From Chiloscyllium plagiosum (taxonomy: Eukaryota), in assembly GCF_004010195.1 (NCBI RefSeq), contig NC_057750.1:254734-318733 (forward strand): a stretch of 64,000 bases of DNA. Reading direction: 5' to 3'. Position 1 is the first letter of the stretch; every line of letters starts with the position of its first letter. Position numbers and translations under genes: made by a program. The notes below the pieces were generated by a model. That model worked only from the letters and a program-made list of their open reading frames with translations. It made no database searches and was not told the DNA's origin. Positions 48,825 through 60,937 of this stretch are shown here, in pieces.

Positions 48825-49385
48825 AGATCTCTTTCTCTTTCTGTTTCTCACTCTGTGTGTGTGTACATATGCACATCTCTCTCTCCATCTCCTTTACCCT
48901 TGATCTGTCTCTGCCTTTCTGTCTCTCTCCATCTCTATTTGTTCCAACCCACCTCTCTTTCTCTCTCTCTCCTTTATTGTCTCCCCCTCTCTAAATCTCT
49001 CTCTGTCTCTATTATTTTATCTCTCTGTCTCCATCACTCTGTCTCTTTCTTCTCCCTTGATCTGTCTCTGTCTGCCTTTCTATCTTGCTCCATCTCTGTA
49101 TTCCATCCCATCTCTTTTTTTCTCTTTTATTGTCTCTCCCTCTCTATATCTCTACTTGCCTCTGTCATTTTATCTCTCTGTCTTGATCACTGTCTCTCTC
49201 TCTCTGTCTGCTTCACCCTGATCTGTATTTGTCTGTGCTTTTGTCTCTTTCTCTGTCTTTTTATCTGTTTCTTTCCATGTCTCTCTCTTTCACTGCCTTG
49301 CACATTCTATCTCTCCCATCTCTGTTCTGATTGCTAGCACTGACACTGTTTCTCCCTCTCTGCCCTTCTCTATCTCTTCCTCATA
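48825..49385. repeat. CT-rich low-complexity tract
   Basis: Degenerate (TC)n/(TCTG)n. Confidence 0.9.
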
Positions 49386-50742
49386 ATCTCCAGAAGCTGC
49401 TTATCACTTTCAAAGGTTTCTTTGATCTCAGAGCACATCAAAATAACCAGTGTTCACAAGCTCTGTACTTGTTTTAGGAACATAAAATACAAAACTGCAA
49501 CTGACTATTGACAGCACAGACTTTCACTGACCTCTCTGATCTCGCCAGTTGTTTCACATGTACACCATCATTCTATCCCAGTTTACCTGCTGATGAAACT
49601 ACACCCAGATAGTTGTCATCCAGATTTGACCATTCTAATTTTTCCCTGGTCAAAACTCTCTTGCTCAGAAGACAACTTTCTTTAATCTTTTGGTTCTGAC
49701 AGCAATAACCTCTCAGAAAAGTTAAGGAACTAAGGGTCTGGTGAAAGGCTGGAATTAAATGATATCCGTAATAGTAAGAAAATTAATGAGGTTTAGAACA
49801 TTGGACATTACAGCACTGGAACAGGCCTCTTGGCCCACCATATCTGTGTCAATTGTAATGCCATTTTAAATTCATCCCATTTGCCTGCACATGGTCCATG
49901 TCTCTCTATTCCCTGCCTGTTCATGAGTCTGTCTAATTGCCTGTTAAATGTTATTAATGATCCTTTTTTGGCAGCATGTTCCAGATATCTACCACCCTCT
50001 TGCACATTTCCTTTAAATGTCCCCCCTCTCATTTTCAACCCACGCTCCCCAGCATTTGACATTTCCAACTTGGGTAAAGACTCTGATGATCCACTCCATT
50101 TGTGTTCCTTGTAATTTTAAACACTTCAATTGAGTCGCTGCTCAACCACTAACACTAATGAAACAATCCAAGTTTGTTCAACTTCTCGTTATGGCGAATA
50201 CACTCCAATCCAGGCAAGATCCTGGTAAACAGAAGCAGAAATTGCTGGAAAAGCTCAGCAGGTCTGGTAGCATCTGTGGAGAGAAATCAGAGTTTTGGGT
50301 CTAGTGATCCTTCCTCAGAACCTGGAAAACCTCTTCTGCACCCTCTCCAAAACCTCTATATCCTTTCCATAGTGTAGCAACCAGAACTGCACTCCAAATG
50401 TGGTCTAACTAAAGTTTTATACAGCTGCAACGTGACTTGCCAACTTCGCTTGCAACTAATGAAGATACAAAGATCATTGTCTCCTCCTTTGCTTCCCTTA
50501 GTATCTTGAGGTAGATTCCATCAGCACCTGGAGACTTATTTACCTTAATGTTTTTCAAGACATCCAACACCTCCGTCTTCTTAATATTGACATGCCCTGG
50601 AATAGCCACACACCCCTCCCTAATCTTACCATCATCCATGTCCTTCTCCTTGGTGAATACTGATGTGAAGTGCTCATTAAGGACCTCACCCACATTCTCT
50701 GGTTCCAAGCATAAATTCCCATCTGTGGTCTTGAGTGGACAT

Positions 50743-51469
50743 GTTGTGAACAGCACCAAATTTCCTGGCGTCCACCTGGCGGAGAATCTCACCCGGTCCC
50801 TCAACACCAGCTCCATAGCTAAGACAGCCCAGCAGCATCTCTACTTCTGTGCAGGCTGAGGAAAGTCCACCTCCCACCCCCCATCCTCACCACATTCTAC
50901 AGAGGGTTCATTGAGAGTACCCTGAGCTGCTGCATCACTGCCTGGTTCGGGAATTTTACAGTCTTGGATCGTAAGACCCTATTATGGATAGCTGAGAGGA
51001 TCATCGGGGTCTCTCATCCCTCCATTACAGACATTTACACCACACGCTGCATCCAAAAGGCTAACAGCATTGTGGGAGACCCCACACACCCTTCACTCAA
51101 ACTCTTCTCCCTCCTGCCATCTGGCAGAAACTACCGCAGCATTTGGTCTCTCACAGCCAGACTATGCAACAGGTTCTTCTCCCAAGCATTCAGGATCCTT
51201 AACACAGTATGATCAGACTCTTTCCCATCTGTAATTCTTTGCTCGACTTCAAATTACTACTCGAACAATGTCTATTAATTGTCATTCTTTTTTTTCACTG
51301 CAATTTGTGTGTTTTGTACTTCTTATGCAATTCATGACACCCTGTGTGTGATTGTGTAGTTTGTGCTGTTCATGTAGCACCTTCATTCTGAAGGAATGCT
51401 GTCTCGTTTTCTAACTGTATCAGTTGTAAATGGTAGAAATGGCAAATAAAATCTACTCTACTCTACTCT
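50743..51469 (+). mobile_element. Rex1/Babar-clade LINE 3' end (DUF1891-like region + 3' UTR)
   Basis: VNSTKFPGVHLAENLT..NTSSIAKTAQQHLYF, ILTTFYRGFIES, AERIIG..DPTHPS..LFSLLPSGRNYRS..RFFSQAFRILN; AATAAA at 51445 and a (CTACT)n tail. Confidence 0.82.
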
Positions 51470-51632
51470 CCCACGAGCGACCCTCTTGTTCCTAATAAAC
51501 AGATAAATGTCCTACTTGCCAAGGCCATTTCATGGCCTGTTTTAGCCCTCCTAATTCTTTGTTTAAGTTCTTTCTTGCTTCCTTAATATTCCTCAAGGGC
51601 TTTGTCTGATTTAATTTCCTAAACCTTACGTA

Positions 51633-52080
51633 AATCATAGAGTCATAGAGCTGTACATCATGGAAATAGACCATTCTGTCCAACTCGTCCTTACTGACTA
51701 AATATCATAAATCAATTTCGTCCCAATTTGCCAGCAGTTGGCCCATATCCTACAGACCCTTCCTATTCACATACTCATCCAGATGCCTTTTAAATGCTGT
51801 AATTGTACCAGCCTCCAACACTTCCTCTGGTAGATCATTCTATACATGCACCACCCTGTACATGAAAACTTTGCCCCGTAGGTTCATTTTAAATCTTTCC
51901 CCTCTCGCCATGAACCTATGCCCTTTAGTTCTGGACTCCGCCATTCCAGCGAAAAGACCTTGTCTATTTATCCTATCCATGCCCCTCATGATTTTATAAA
52001 CTTCTATAAGGTCACCCCTCAGCCTCCGACACTTCAGGGTAAATAGCCGCAGCATATTCAACCTCTCCCTATAACTCCCT
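51633..52080 (-). mobile_element. Younger CR1/HER1 3' fragment nested in the older CR1
   Basis: (tcatagag)n tail at 51635; RRLRGDLIEVYKIMRGMDR. Confidence 0.88.
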
Positions 52081-52566
52081 ATAACTCTACTTCCTTTTAC
52101 TTTTACACTAAACTTTCAATATCTCTTATCAGTCTAGGATTGCCAAATTTTGCCATCCTTACCTTTCATCCTCACAGGAACATGTTGGTCCTGAACTCTG
52201 ACCGACTGGTCAAGAAAAAACTCGCACGTCAGATGTGGATTTACCCTCAAAACAGCCAATCCCAATCTAATTTCTCTAGTTCCTGGCTAATACTGTTGTA
52301 ATTAGCCTTCCCTTAATTTAGCACTTTCATCTGAGGACTAGTCTCATCCTTGTTCATAACTATCTTAAAGCTTGCTGAATTATGATCACTGTTCCCAAAA
52401 CATTCTGTCATTGAAATTTCTATCACCTGGCCAAGCTTATTCCCTATACAAAGTCTAGTATGGCCCCTTCCCTAGTTGGATTATCTACACATTGTTTCAA
52501 ATGACCTTCCTGGATGCATCCAGAAAATTCTGCCCCATCTAAACCCCTGGCACCAAGGGAGTTCCA

Positions 52567-52706
52567 AGCTGAAAATGTGTTGCTGGAAAAGCGCAGCAGG
52601 TCAGGCAGCATCCAAGAAGCAGGAGAATCGACGTTTCGGGCATGAGCGCTTTTCCAACAATACATTTTCAGCTCTGATCTCCAGCATCTGCAGTCCTCAC
52701 TTTCTC
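52567..52706. mobile_element. Fold-back PLE unit with 16-bp TSD
   Basis: TSD caccaagggagttcca at 52551-52566 and 52707-52722; arms agctgaaaatgtgttgctggaaaagcgc / gcgcttttccaacaatacattttcagct. Confidence 0.92.
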
Positions 52707-54945
52707 CACCAAGGGAGTTCCAGTCAATATTGGGGAAGTTAAAACCACCCACTACAACAAAGCTATTGTTTTTACATATTCCCATGATCTGCTCTTATAT
52801 CTGTTCCTCTATCTCTTGCTGACTATTGGGAGGCCTACTGTATGACCCCCATGATAGTAACTTCATCTTTCTTATTCTAAGTTGTACCCATAAGGCATTG
52901 CTGGATAAGCCCTCCAAGATGTCCTCTCAGAGCAGCTATGACAATCTCCTTAATCAGTAATGTAACTCCCCCAGCCCTTTTACATCCCACTCTATGTCAC
53001 TTGATTTTATATCCCTCTGCATCTGGCCTGAGAAATCATCAACAACCTGATGTAGGGTAGCGCTCTAAAAGCTAGTGCTTCAAATAAACCTGTTTGACTA
53101 TAACCTGGTGTTGTGTGATTTTTAACTTTGGCCTGAGAAAAGCAGACGCACCTGTTAAAGGCCAACAAATCCTCAGGCCTGATAATGTGCATCCACAGTA
53201 ACATAGGAAGTGGCCTGGGAAACAATGAATACATTGACAATCATCTTCGAAAATTATATAGACTGTGGAGCAGTCCCTATAGATAGGACAGTGGAAAATA
53301 TAACTCCACCTTTTAAAAAGGGAGAAAGAGAAAAGAATGAAAATCTACCCCATTTCCAGGCGGAGTATTCCCGACCCGAAACAGCTGCTGTGTAAAAATG
53401 TTTTACCTCACTTTTGCCTATTTCACACATCACTTTAAAACTGTGCCCTTGCATTGATGTTTTTCTGTTACGAGCGGAAACAGTTTCTCCTCATACATTC
53501 AATTCAGCCTGCTCAGGATTTTAAAAACCTCTATCTAATCTCCTCTCATCCCTCTTCTCTCCAGGGACAACGGTCCCAAATATTTCCATCAAATCTCATC
53601 ACTGAAGTTTCTTATTCCTGGAACTGTTTCTTGTAAATTATTTCATGAGGAAGGTTTCAACTCAGGAGATGTTGTTATCCTTTAACCTGGTGTTTTCAAT
53701 ATTCCCACAAATGCTGGGGACATTTTGCAATGTCTGAGTGACCATGATATGCTGTTTTACTGAAAGCGGGAGACCTTCCAACTGAGCACATGAATAAACT
53801 AAATCTTAAAAAGATTGTAACATCTCCTACAAAACACGCAGCCATTACGAAAGTGTGTGTTTCTAACCACAGTCACTTTATTAAGTGTTTAGAGCACAGG
53901 TAGAAATCAATAATGTTGCAGAATTGTTTTTAAGTTTTTTGTCCTGTTCTCTCAGCAGACAAAGCAGGGTCACTCTTGTAAAATGATATTGTTTTGGATG
54001 AGAACGGTGATCTCCTCACAGCTTCTTCTTTGATGGTCTATCACTCTGACAGTTTGTCACCATCAAGGAGCTCCCAGAATCTGCAGCGAGAGCAGCTCCT
54101 ACAAGCTTGTTTCATGCCTGTTTCCCATGCTACATGATGAGATTTCTTAATTCACACAGCGCCGAATATTCCTCAACTAACAGCACTCTCTGTGGGAGAG
54201 ATCAAGTTTGGACCATGTCACAAATAGAAGAGCAATTTCCCACTAATGAAGGGAGCAACACATGAGGAAAACAGAGACAGTGAGTTCAATCCATATCGAA
54301 TGAGAAAGCGAGCAGATGAAATACATGAAACAAGAATGATGGACACCTTTGTGTAACTGGAGTAACAGGATGAATCAATTATAATAAAAGGCCATTCTGA
54401 AGAAGGGTCCCTGGACTCCTTAACTCTGATTTCTCTCCAAAGATGCTGCCATATCTGATGAGTTTCTCCAGCAGTTTATGTTTTGGTTATAGTGAAAGGG
54501 TGGTCTGATTGAATGGTGGAGCAGGCTTGATGGGCTGAACTGCCCACATCTGCTCCTTTCCTTTATGTTTGTCATCAGATAGAGCTTGATCTTCTCTTGT
54601 TCACCAATTTCTGTGTTCCTGAGAAACAGAAGCCTCACTATCCTGACTCACATAATAAGGACGCTGTTATGAACAGTACAGAGAATGTACCTTTTGTTCT
54701 GCCAGGTAAAGAGACATTTTACAAGGGTGGTTCCAGAGGAGGAACTTTGATGAGGTACTGAGTAAATTATACTATATTTCATAAGCTGGGAAGAATGAGA
54801 GGAGATCTCATTAAACAAATGGGGTTTTGAAGGAGCTTAACAGGGTCAACACAGAGGGTTTTATTTGAATCACCCATGGGATGTAGACATTGCTGGCTGG
54901 CCAGCATTTATTGTCCATCCTTAGTTGACCCTTTAGAAGGTGGGG

Positions 54946-55162
54946 AGAAAGTGAGGTCTGCAGATGCTGGAGATCAGAGCTGAAAATGTGTTGCTGGAAA
55001 AGCGCAGCAGGTCAGGCAGCATCCAGGGAACAGGAGAATCGACGTATCAGGCATAAGCCCTTCTTCAGGAAGGGCTGAAGAAGGGCTTATGCCCGAAACG
55101 TCGATTCTCCTGTTCCCTGGATGCTGCCTGACCTGCTGCGCTTTTCCAGCAACACATTTTCA
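54946..55162. mobile_element. Fold-back PLE unit with 16-bp TSD
   Basis: Near-perfect ~88-bp arms; TSD cctttagaaggtgggg at 54930-54945 and 55163-55178, inside a second-family LINE end. Confidence 0.93.
55075..55104 (+). ncRNA. Minimal hammerhead ribozyme core (5' side of stem I lost at the inversion junction)
   Basis: CTGAAGA agggc-ttat-gccc GAAACGTC ga; the opposite arm has GAAA>GATA. Confidence 0.55.
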
Positions 55163-55204
55163 CCTTTAGAAGGTGGGGGTGAGCTGCCTTCTTGAACCAC
55201 TGCA

Positions 55205-55700
55205 GTCCACATGCTAGAGGTATATGCAAGGAGCTCAATGCAGGTTTATAAGCATGATATATACGAGGAATGGCTGAGGATCCTGGGATTGTACTCATTG
55301 GAGTTTAGAAGGTTAAGGAGAGATCTAATAGAAACTTATAAGATAATACATGGCTTGGAAAGGGTGGACGCTAAGAAATTGTTTCCATTAGGTGAGGAGA
55401 CTAGGACCCATGGGCACATCCTTAGAATTAGAGGGGGTCAATTCAGAACAGAAATGCGGAGACATTTCTTCAGCCAGAGAGTGGTGGGCCTTGGAATTCA
55501 TTGCTGCGGAGTGCAGTGGAGGCCGGGACATTAAATGTCTTCAAGGCAGAGTTTGATAAATTCTTGATGTCACAAGGAATTAAGGGCTACGGGGAGAATG
55601 CGGGTAAGTGGAGTTGAAATGCCCATCAGCTATGATTAAATGGTGGAGTGGACTCGATGGGCCGAATGGCCCTACTTCCACTCCTATGTCTTATGGTCTT
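55205..55700 (+). mobile_element. CR1 3' fragment
   Basis: YEEWLRILGLYSLEFRRLRRDLIETYKI..MRRHFFSQRVV; (tcttatg)n tail. Confidence 0.9.
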
Positions 55701-55899
55701 AAGATACCTGGACTTCAGGGGTTACGTTTGAGGAGAGATTAGACAAATTCGACATTTATTCTGTAGAATTTAGAAGGTTAAGAGTTTAATCTAATCAAGG
55801 TCTTCAGTATATTAACAGGCAAGGACAGAACAGATAAAGATAAACTATATCCATTGGTTGACGATACTAGAACCAGCATAAACTCTAAACATTAGCCAT

Positions 55900-56168
55900 G
55901 ATGTGGAGGTGCCGGGGTGGACAAAGTTAAAAATCACACAACACCAGGTTATAGCCCAACAAGTACTAGCTTTCAGGGATACGGAACAACACAAAGTGGC
56001 TGAGCAGAGGCTGATAGTCAAGTTCAGTACCCATGGGGATGGCCTCATGGGTCACGATGACCTCTTATGGTCCTGCTCCACAGCTACCTAATGAAGGAGC
56101 AGCGCTCCGAAGGCTACTACTTCCAAATAAACCTGTTGAACTATAACCTGGTGTTGTGTGATTTTTAT
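55900..56168. mobile_element. Fold-back PLE (family C) inside an old CR1 (~55705-56430)
   Basis: aaaatcacacaacaccaggttatag versus ctataacctggtgttgtgtgatttt; the centre encodes HKVAEQRLIVKFSTHGDGL (GIY-YIG C-terminus-like); decayed core ctaatga-aggagcagcgctcc-gaaggcta. Confidence 0.8.
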
Positions 56169-56499
56169 TTCAGAATTAGGGCAGGTCATTCAGCAGAGAT
56201 GTTAGAAAGCACTTCTACACAATGGAGGCTTGGAATTCTCTTCCTCAAACAATAATCAACGCTAATTCAATAGTTAAATTTACGTGTCAAACATACAAAT
56301 TTTTATTAAAGAAATCAAGGGATATGGGCCCAAGGCAGGGATATAAGGTTAAGCCACAAATCAACCATCATCTGATTGAATAGCAGAGCAGGACTAAGGG
56401 GCTGATTGGCCAACTCCTGTTCCTACATTCCAATTTCTCCATCACTATTTCGCTACTAATTTGATTTACTTCAGTTCCTCCCTCTCACATCTGTCCTAT

Positions 56500-57012
56500 A
56501 TCTATTACTCTCAATTTAAAGCTATGTCCCCTCATACTAGCCATCACCATCTGAGGAAAAAGACTCTCATTGTTCACCCTGTCTAATCCTCTGATCATAG
56601 AGTCATAGAGTCATAGAAATGTACAGCATGGAAACAGACCCTTTGGTCTAACCCGTCCATGCCGACCAGATATCCCAACCCAATCTAGTCCCACCTGCCA
56701 GCACCCGGCCTATATCCCCCCAAACCCTTCCTATTCATATACTTGCCTCTATTAAATCACCTCTTAACCTTCTTCTTTCTAGTGAAAAGAGCCCCAAGTC
56801 CTTCAGCCTTTCCTCATAAGATGTTCCCTCATACTAGGCAACATCCTAGTAAATCTCCTCTGCATTCTTTCTAAAGCTTCCACATCCTTCCTATAATCCA
56901 GTGACCAGAACTGTACGCAATACTCCAAGTGCAGCCGCACCAGAGTTTTGTACAGCTGTAACATGACCTCGTGGCTTTGAAACTCAATCCCTCTACCAAT
57001 AAACGCTAACAA
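56500..57012 (-). mobile_element. CR1 fragment with a nested CR1 3' tail (~56595-56741)
   Basis: MLAFIGRGIEF..LYKTLVRLHLEYCVQFWS; (tcatagag)n at 56595. Confidence 0.85.
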
Positions 57013-57199
57013 GTATTTGGGTTTTGCAGGTCTTGCTGCACTTGGACCTGAATTGCTTCAGTATCCAAATGTTGTTTCTCCCTGCGCCAGACAGCTTCGA
57101 ACATGGGAGGCAAAGTCGGAGGAAGGGCTCTACGACTGAAATGTGGAGAAATGACTTCACACAGAAAAGTTTCCAAGCCTTGAAGCTTTGTACATTTTG

Positions 57200-58870
57200 A
57201 AAGGTATGAACAGGAATAGGTCACTCAGTCATTTCAGCCTGCTCTGCCATTTTACAGCATCATCGGATAGTGATCTCAACTTTTCTTTTCTGCCTACCCC
57301 TTAAGCCCCATGACTCCTTTAGAATCTAAATGAACCTTAAAAAACTGAACATCCTGCCTCTTCAACTGTCTGGGGAAGAGAACTCCACAGACTGTCAGGT
57401 TGGGTCAAAGAGGCCTGTTTCCATCTTGTGGACCTCTGTGACTCTATGACTGATGATCTTATGAGAGAAAACATTTCTCCTTACCTCTGCTTTAATTGGG
57501 AAAGTGCTTATTTTCAAACTGAGCCCCGACATTCTCGTCTCTTCCATTAGGGGTAACTCCTCTCAGCATCTCCTCTGAAATGGCCACTTGAATAAGTTTT
57601 AATAAGATAAGCACTTCATTTTTTCTAAACTCCACAGGTCACAGGCCAAATCTGTCAATCTTTCCCTTGTAAAAGTCTCCACCTTTTCCCAGAAACTATT
57701 TCTGAACTGATTCTAATGCGATCATGTTCTTTTTCAAGTAAGGAGACCACAGCCATAGCCTCACAAATATTACTACAACTGAAACGAAGTATCCCTACTC
57801 AAAACAAAATGATACCCATTTATGGGATCGCTGGCTGGGCCAGTATTTATTGCCCATTGCCAATGGCTCCTTGAGAAGGTGGTGGTGAGCTGCCTTTTTG
57901 ATCCATTGCAATCCTTGGGGTATAGTAACACCCACATTGCTGCTAGGAAGTGATTTTCAGGATTTTGAGCCAGCCACAGTGAGGGAATGTGATACAGTTC
58001 CAAATCCAGTTGATGTGTAATTTGGAAGTGAACCTGCAAGAGGTTGTGCTCCCATGAAGCTAACACATTCCATTCCCCTTAAACAGAAATATCCCACTTG
58101 CCTTCCTCATCACTTGCTCTACCTGCATACTAACTATTTATTGTGATTCATGACACCCAAATCCCTCTGTATCCTAGTTCCGCAATCTCTTTTCATTTAA
58201 ATAACATAATGATTTTTCCATTCTTTCTGCCAAAGTGGGCAAATTCACATCATCCCACATTACACTTCATTTACCACTTTCTCCCAAATCACTTGATTGA
58301 TCTAAATCCTTTTGTAGATTCTTTGTGTCCTTCTAACAAGTTGGTTTCTTACCTATCTTTGTGCCATCAACAAATTTAGCAACCGTGTAATTGTTCCATT
58401 CTTCCAAATTTATTTGCGCAGGTTGGAAATAGTTGAGGCAGCATGCAGAGTTGAAATTGATTCATTTATCTCTGCTCTGTGCTTCCTGCTAGCTGGCCAA
58501 TCTCTCTCCATGACAAAATGCTAAGCCTGTACCATGAGTTTTCATTTTGTGAAGTTACCTTTGATGCAACAACTTAGCAAATGCCTTTTAAAAATCAAAG
58601 TGCAGCACATGCAGAGGTCCCCTTTATCCATCTCATTTGCTACTTTCTCAAATAAGTCAAATAATTGGTCAAGTATAACTTCCCTTTCAAAAAAGGAAAA
58701 TGCTCATGCATTCAGCAGAGTTAGAAACTCCTTCTGTAATCTCCTTAATATTACACATACCAGATTTCTTTCTGTGACAGATGCAAGGCAGGCTGCCTGT
58801 CATTTCCTGCTTTCTGTCTCCCTTTGTTCTTGAATAGAGGAGTTACACACACTACTGTAAACATCTGATG
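57200..58870 (-). mobile_element. Highly diverged CR1 with a nested second-family LINE piece (~57820-58060)
   Basis: 3' end gaacaggaataggtcac; reverse of KFVDGTK near 58360-58380; VTPLFKNKGRQKAGN in ORF 58751-58978. Confidence 0.65.
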
Positions 58871-58899
58871 GCACCTTTCCAGAATCAAGGCCACTTTCT

Positions 58900-59256
58900 T
58901 AGAATCATTGTAGAATCCCCACAGTGTGGAAGCAGGCCATTGGGCCCATTGAGTCCACACCAACCCTTTGAAGAGCATCCCTATCCAGTCCCACTCTCTA
59001 CCCTATCTCTGTAACCCTGCATTCCCCATGGCTAATCCACCGAACCTACACATCCGTAGGCACTATGAGCAATTCTGCATTGCCAATCCACCTAACCTGC
59101 ACATTTTTGGACCGTGAAACCAGAGCACAGAGAGGAAAACTGCAGAGACACAGAGAGCATGCAAACTCCACACAGAAAGTCACCCAAGGGTAGAACTGAA
59201 CCCAGGTCCTTGGCACTGTGAGGCAGCATTGCTAGCCACTGAGCCACTGTGCTACC
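58900..59256 (-). mobile_element. HE1-type SINE, near full length
   Basis: Reverse head ccactgagccactgtgctaccc; body gctaatccacc..aacctgcacat. Confidence 0.88.
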
Positions 59257-59324
59257 CTTTCTGGAAAAAACGAAAACAACACAACTGCTAAATCTGTAGT
59301 CACTTCTTTTAGGTTCATCAGGTA

Positions 59325-59660
59325 AACTCTTCCTACTTTGGCAGGAAGAATAGAAGCATAGACTATTTTCTAAATGGGGAAAGACTTTGGAAATCTGAAG
59401 TGCAAAGGGACTTGGGAGTCCTAGTTCAGGGTTCTCTTAAGGATAACATGCAGGTTCAGTTTGCAGTTAAGGAGGCAAATGCAACACTAGCATTCATTTC
59501 AAGAGGGCTAGAAAAAAAAAGCAGAGGTGTGCTGCTGAAGCTGTATAAAGCTCTGGTCAGACTGCATTTGAAATAATGTGAGCAGTTTTGGGCCACATAT
59601 CTAAGGAAGGATGTGTTGGAGTTGGAGGTGGTCCAGAAAAGGTTTATAAGAAGGATCCTG
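59325..59660 (+). mobile_element. CR1 RT C-terminal fragment
   Basis: QRDLGVLV, ANATLAFISRGLE, LYKALVRLHL. Confidence 0.8.
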
Positions 59661-60937
59661 GGGATGTTATTGTCATGAGTGACTTCAACTTCCCTAATTG
59701 TGATTGGAGCCGACATAGTTCAAATAGTTTGGATGGAACAGTTTTTGTCAGGTGTGTCCGGGAAGGGTTTTTGAAGCAATATGTAAAATGGCAGACAGGA
59801 AGGGAGGCCATATTGGATTTGGTGCTTGGCAATGAACCCTGCCCGGTGTCAAATCTCTCGGATGGAAAGCATTTTGCTGATAGTGATCACAATTCCCTGA
59901 GCTCTACTATACTCATGGAGAGGGATAGTACAGACAGTACTGGAAAGTATGCAATTGAGAGAGGGGGAATTACAATGCTATTAGGCAGGAACTGGGGCAC
60001 TTGAATTGGGAACAGATGTTCTCATGGAAATGCACGACAGAGAGGTTGTTTGGGAAGCACTTGCTGATAATTCTGGACAGGTTTGTCCCACTGAGGCAAG
60101 GAAGGGATGGCAGATCGAAAGGACCTTGGGTGACAAGGGCTGTGGAACATCTAGTCAAGAGGAAGAAGGAAGTTTACTTGAGGTTGAGGAAGCAAGGATA
60201 AGACAAGGCTTTAGAGGGTCACAAGGTAGCCAGGAAGGAACTGAAGAATGGACTTAGGAAAACTAGAAGAGGGTATGAGAAAGCTTTAGCGTATAGGATT
60301 AAGGAAAATCCTAAGGCATCTTATATTTATGTGATGAACAAGAGGATGGCCAGAGTGAGGGTCGGGCCAATCAGGGATAGTGGAGAGAACTTGTGCCTAG
60401 AGTCAGAGGAGGTAGGAGACATCCTTAATAAATACTTTGCTTCAGTATTCACTACTGAGAGGGACCTTGACGTTTCTGAGGACAGCGTGAAATAGACTAA
60501 TATGCTAGAACAGGTTGATGTTAGGAAGGAGGATGTGCTGCAAATTTTGAAAAACATAAGATTGGATAAATCCCCTGGGCCAAACAAATATACCCCAGGA
60601 GATTGCTGTGCCTTTGGTGATAATCTTTGTAATCTCACTGGCCACTGGAGTAATGCCAGATGATTGGATGGTGGCAAATGTTATTCTCTTGTTCAAGAAA
60701 GAGAATACAGACAACCCTGGGAAATATAGATCAGTCAGTCTTACAGCATGGTGTGAAAATTATTGAAGAGAATTGTGAGAGGCAGGATTTATGATTACTT
60801 GGAAAATGATAGTTTGTTTAGAGATAGTCAGCATGGCTTTGTAAGGGGCAGGTCATGCCTCACAAACCTTATTGAATTCTTTGAGGATGTGACAAAACAC
60901 ATTGATGAAGTAGAGCAGTGGATGTGGTGTACATGGA

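Larger units (their letters stand above)
49800..53000 (-). mobile_element. Old CR1 (endonuclease to 3' end, internally deleted) with at least 4 nested insertions
   Basis: Minus-strand pieces VVVGGFNFPNIDW / NPTREGAILD (52444-52785), GNLCLEPENVGEVLNEHF..KSPGADGI (50455-50740), 3' end at ~49800. Confidence 0.85.

Noticed and set aside
48725..49337. Hydrophobic Ser/Leu/Cys ORFs resembling membrane proteins (also 46987-47589)
   Set aside because: Translations of CT/GA microsatellite tracts.
54025..54072. Hairpin tctttgatggt...accatcaagga with inner tgaca/tgtca
   Set aside because: The stem is too short and asymmetric for a pre-miRNA and matches no miRNA I recognise.
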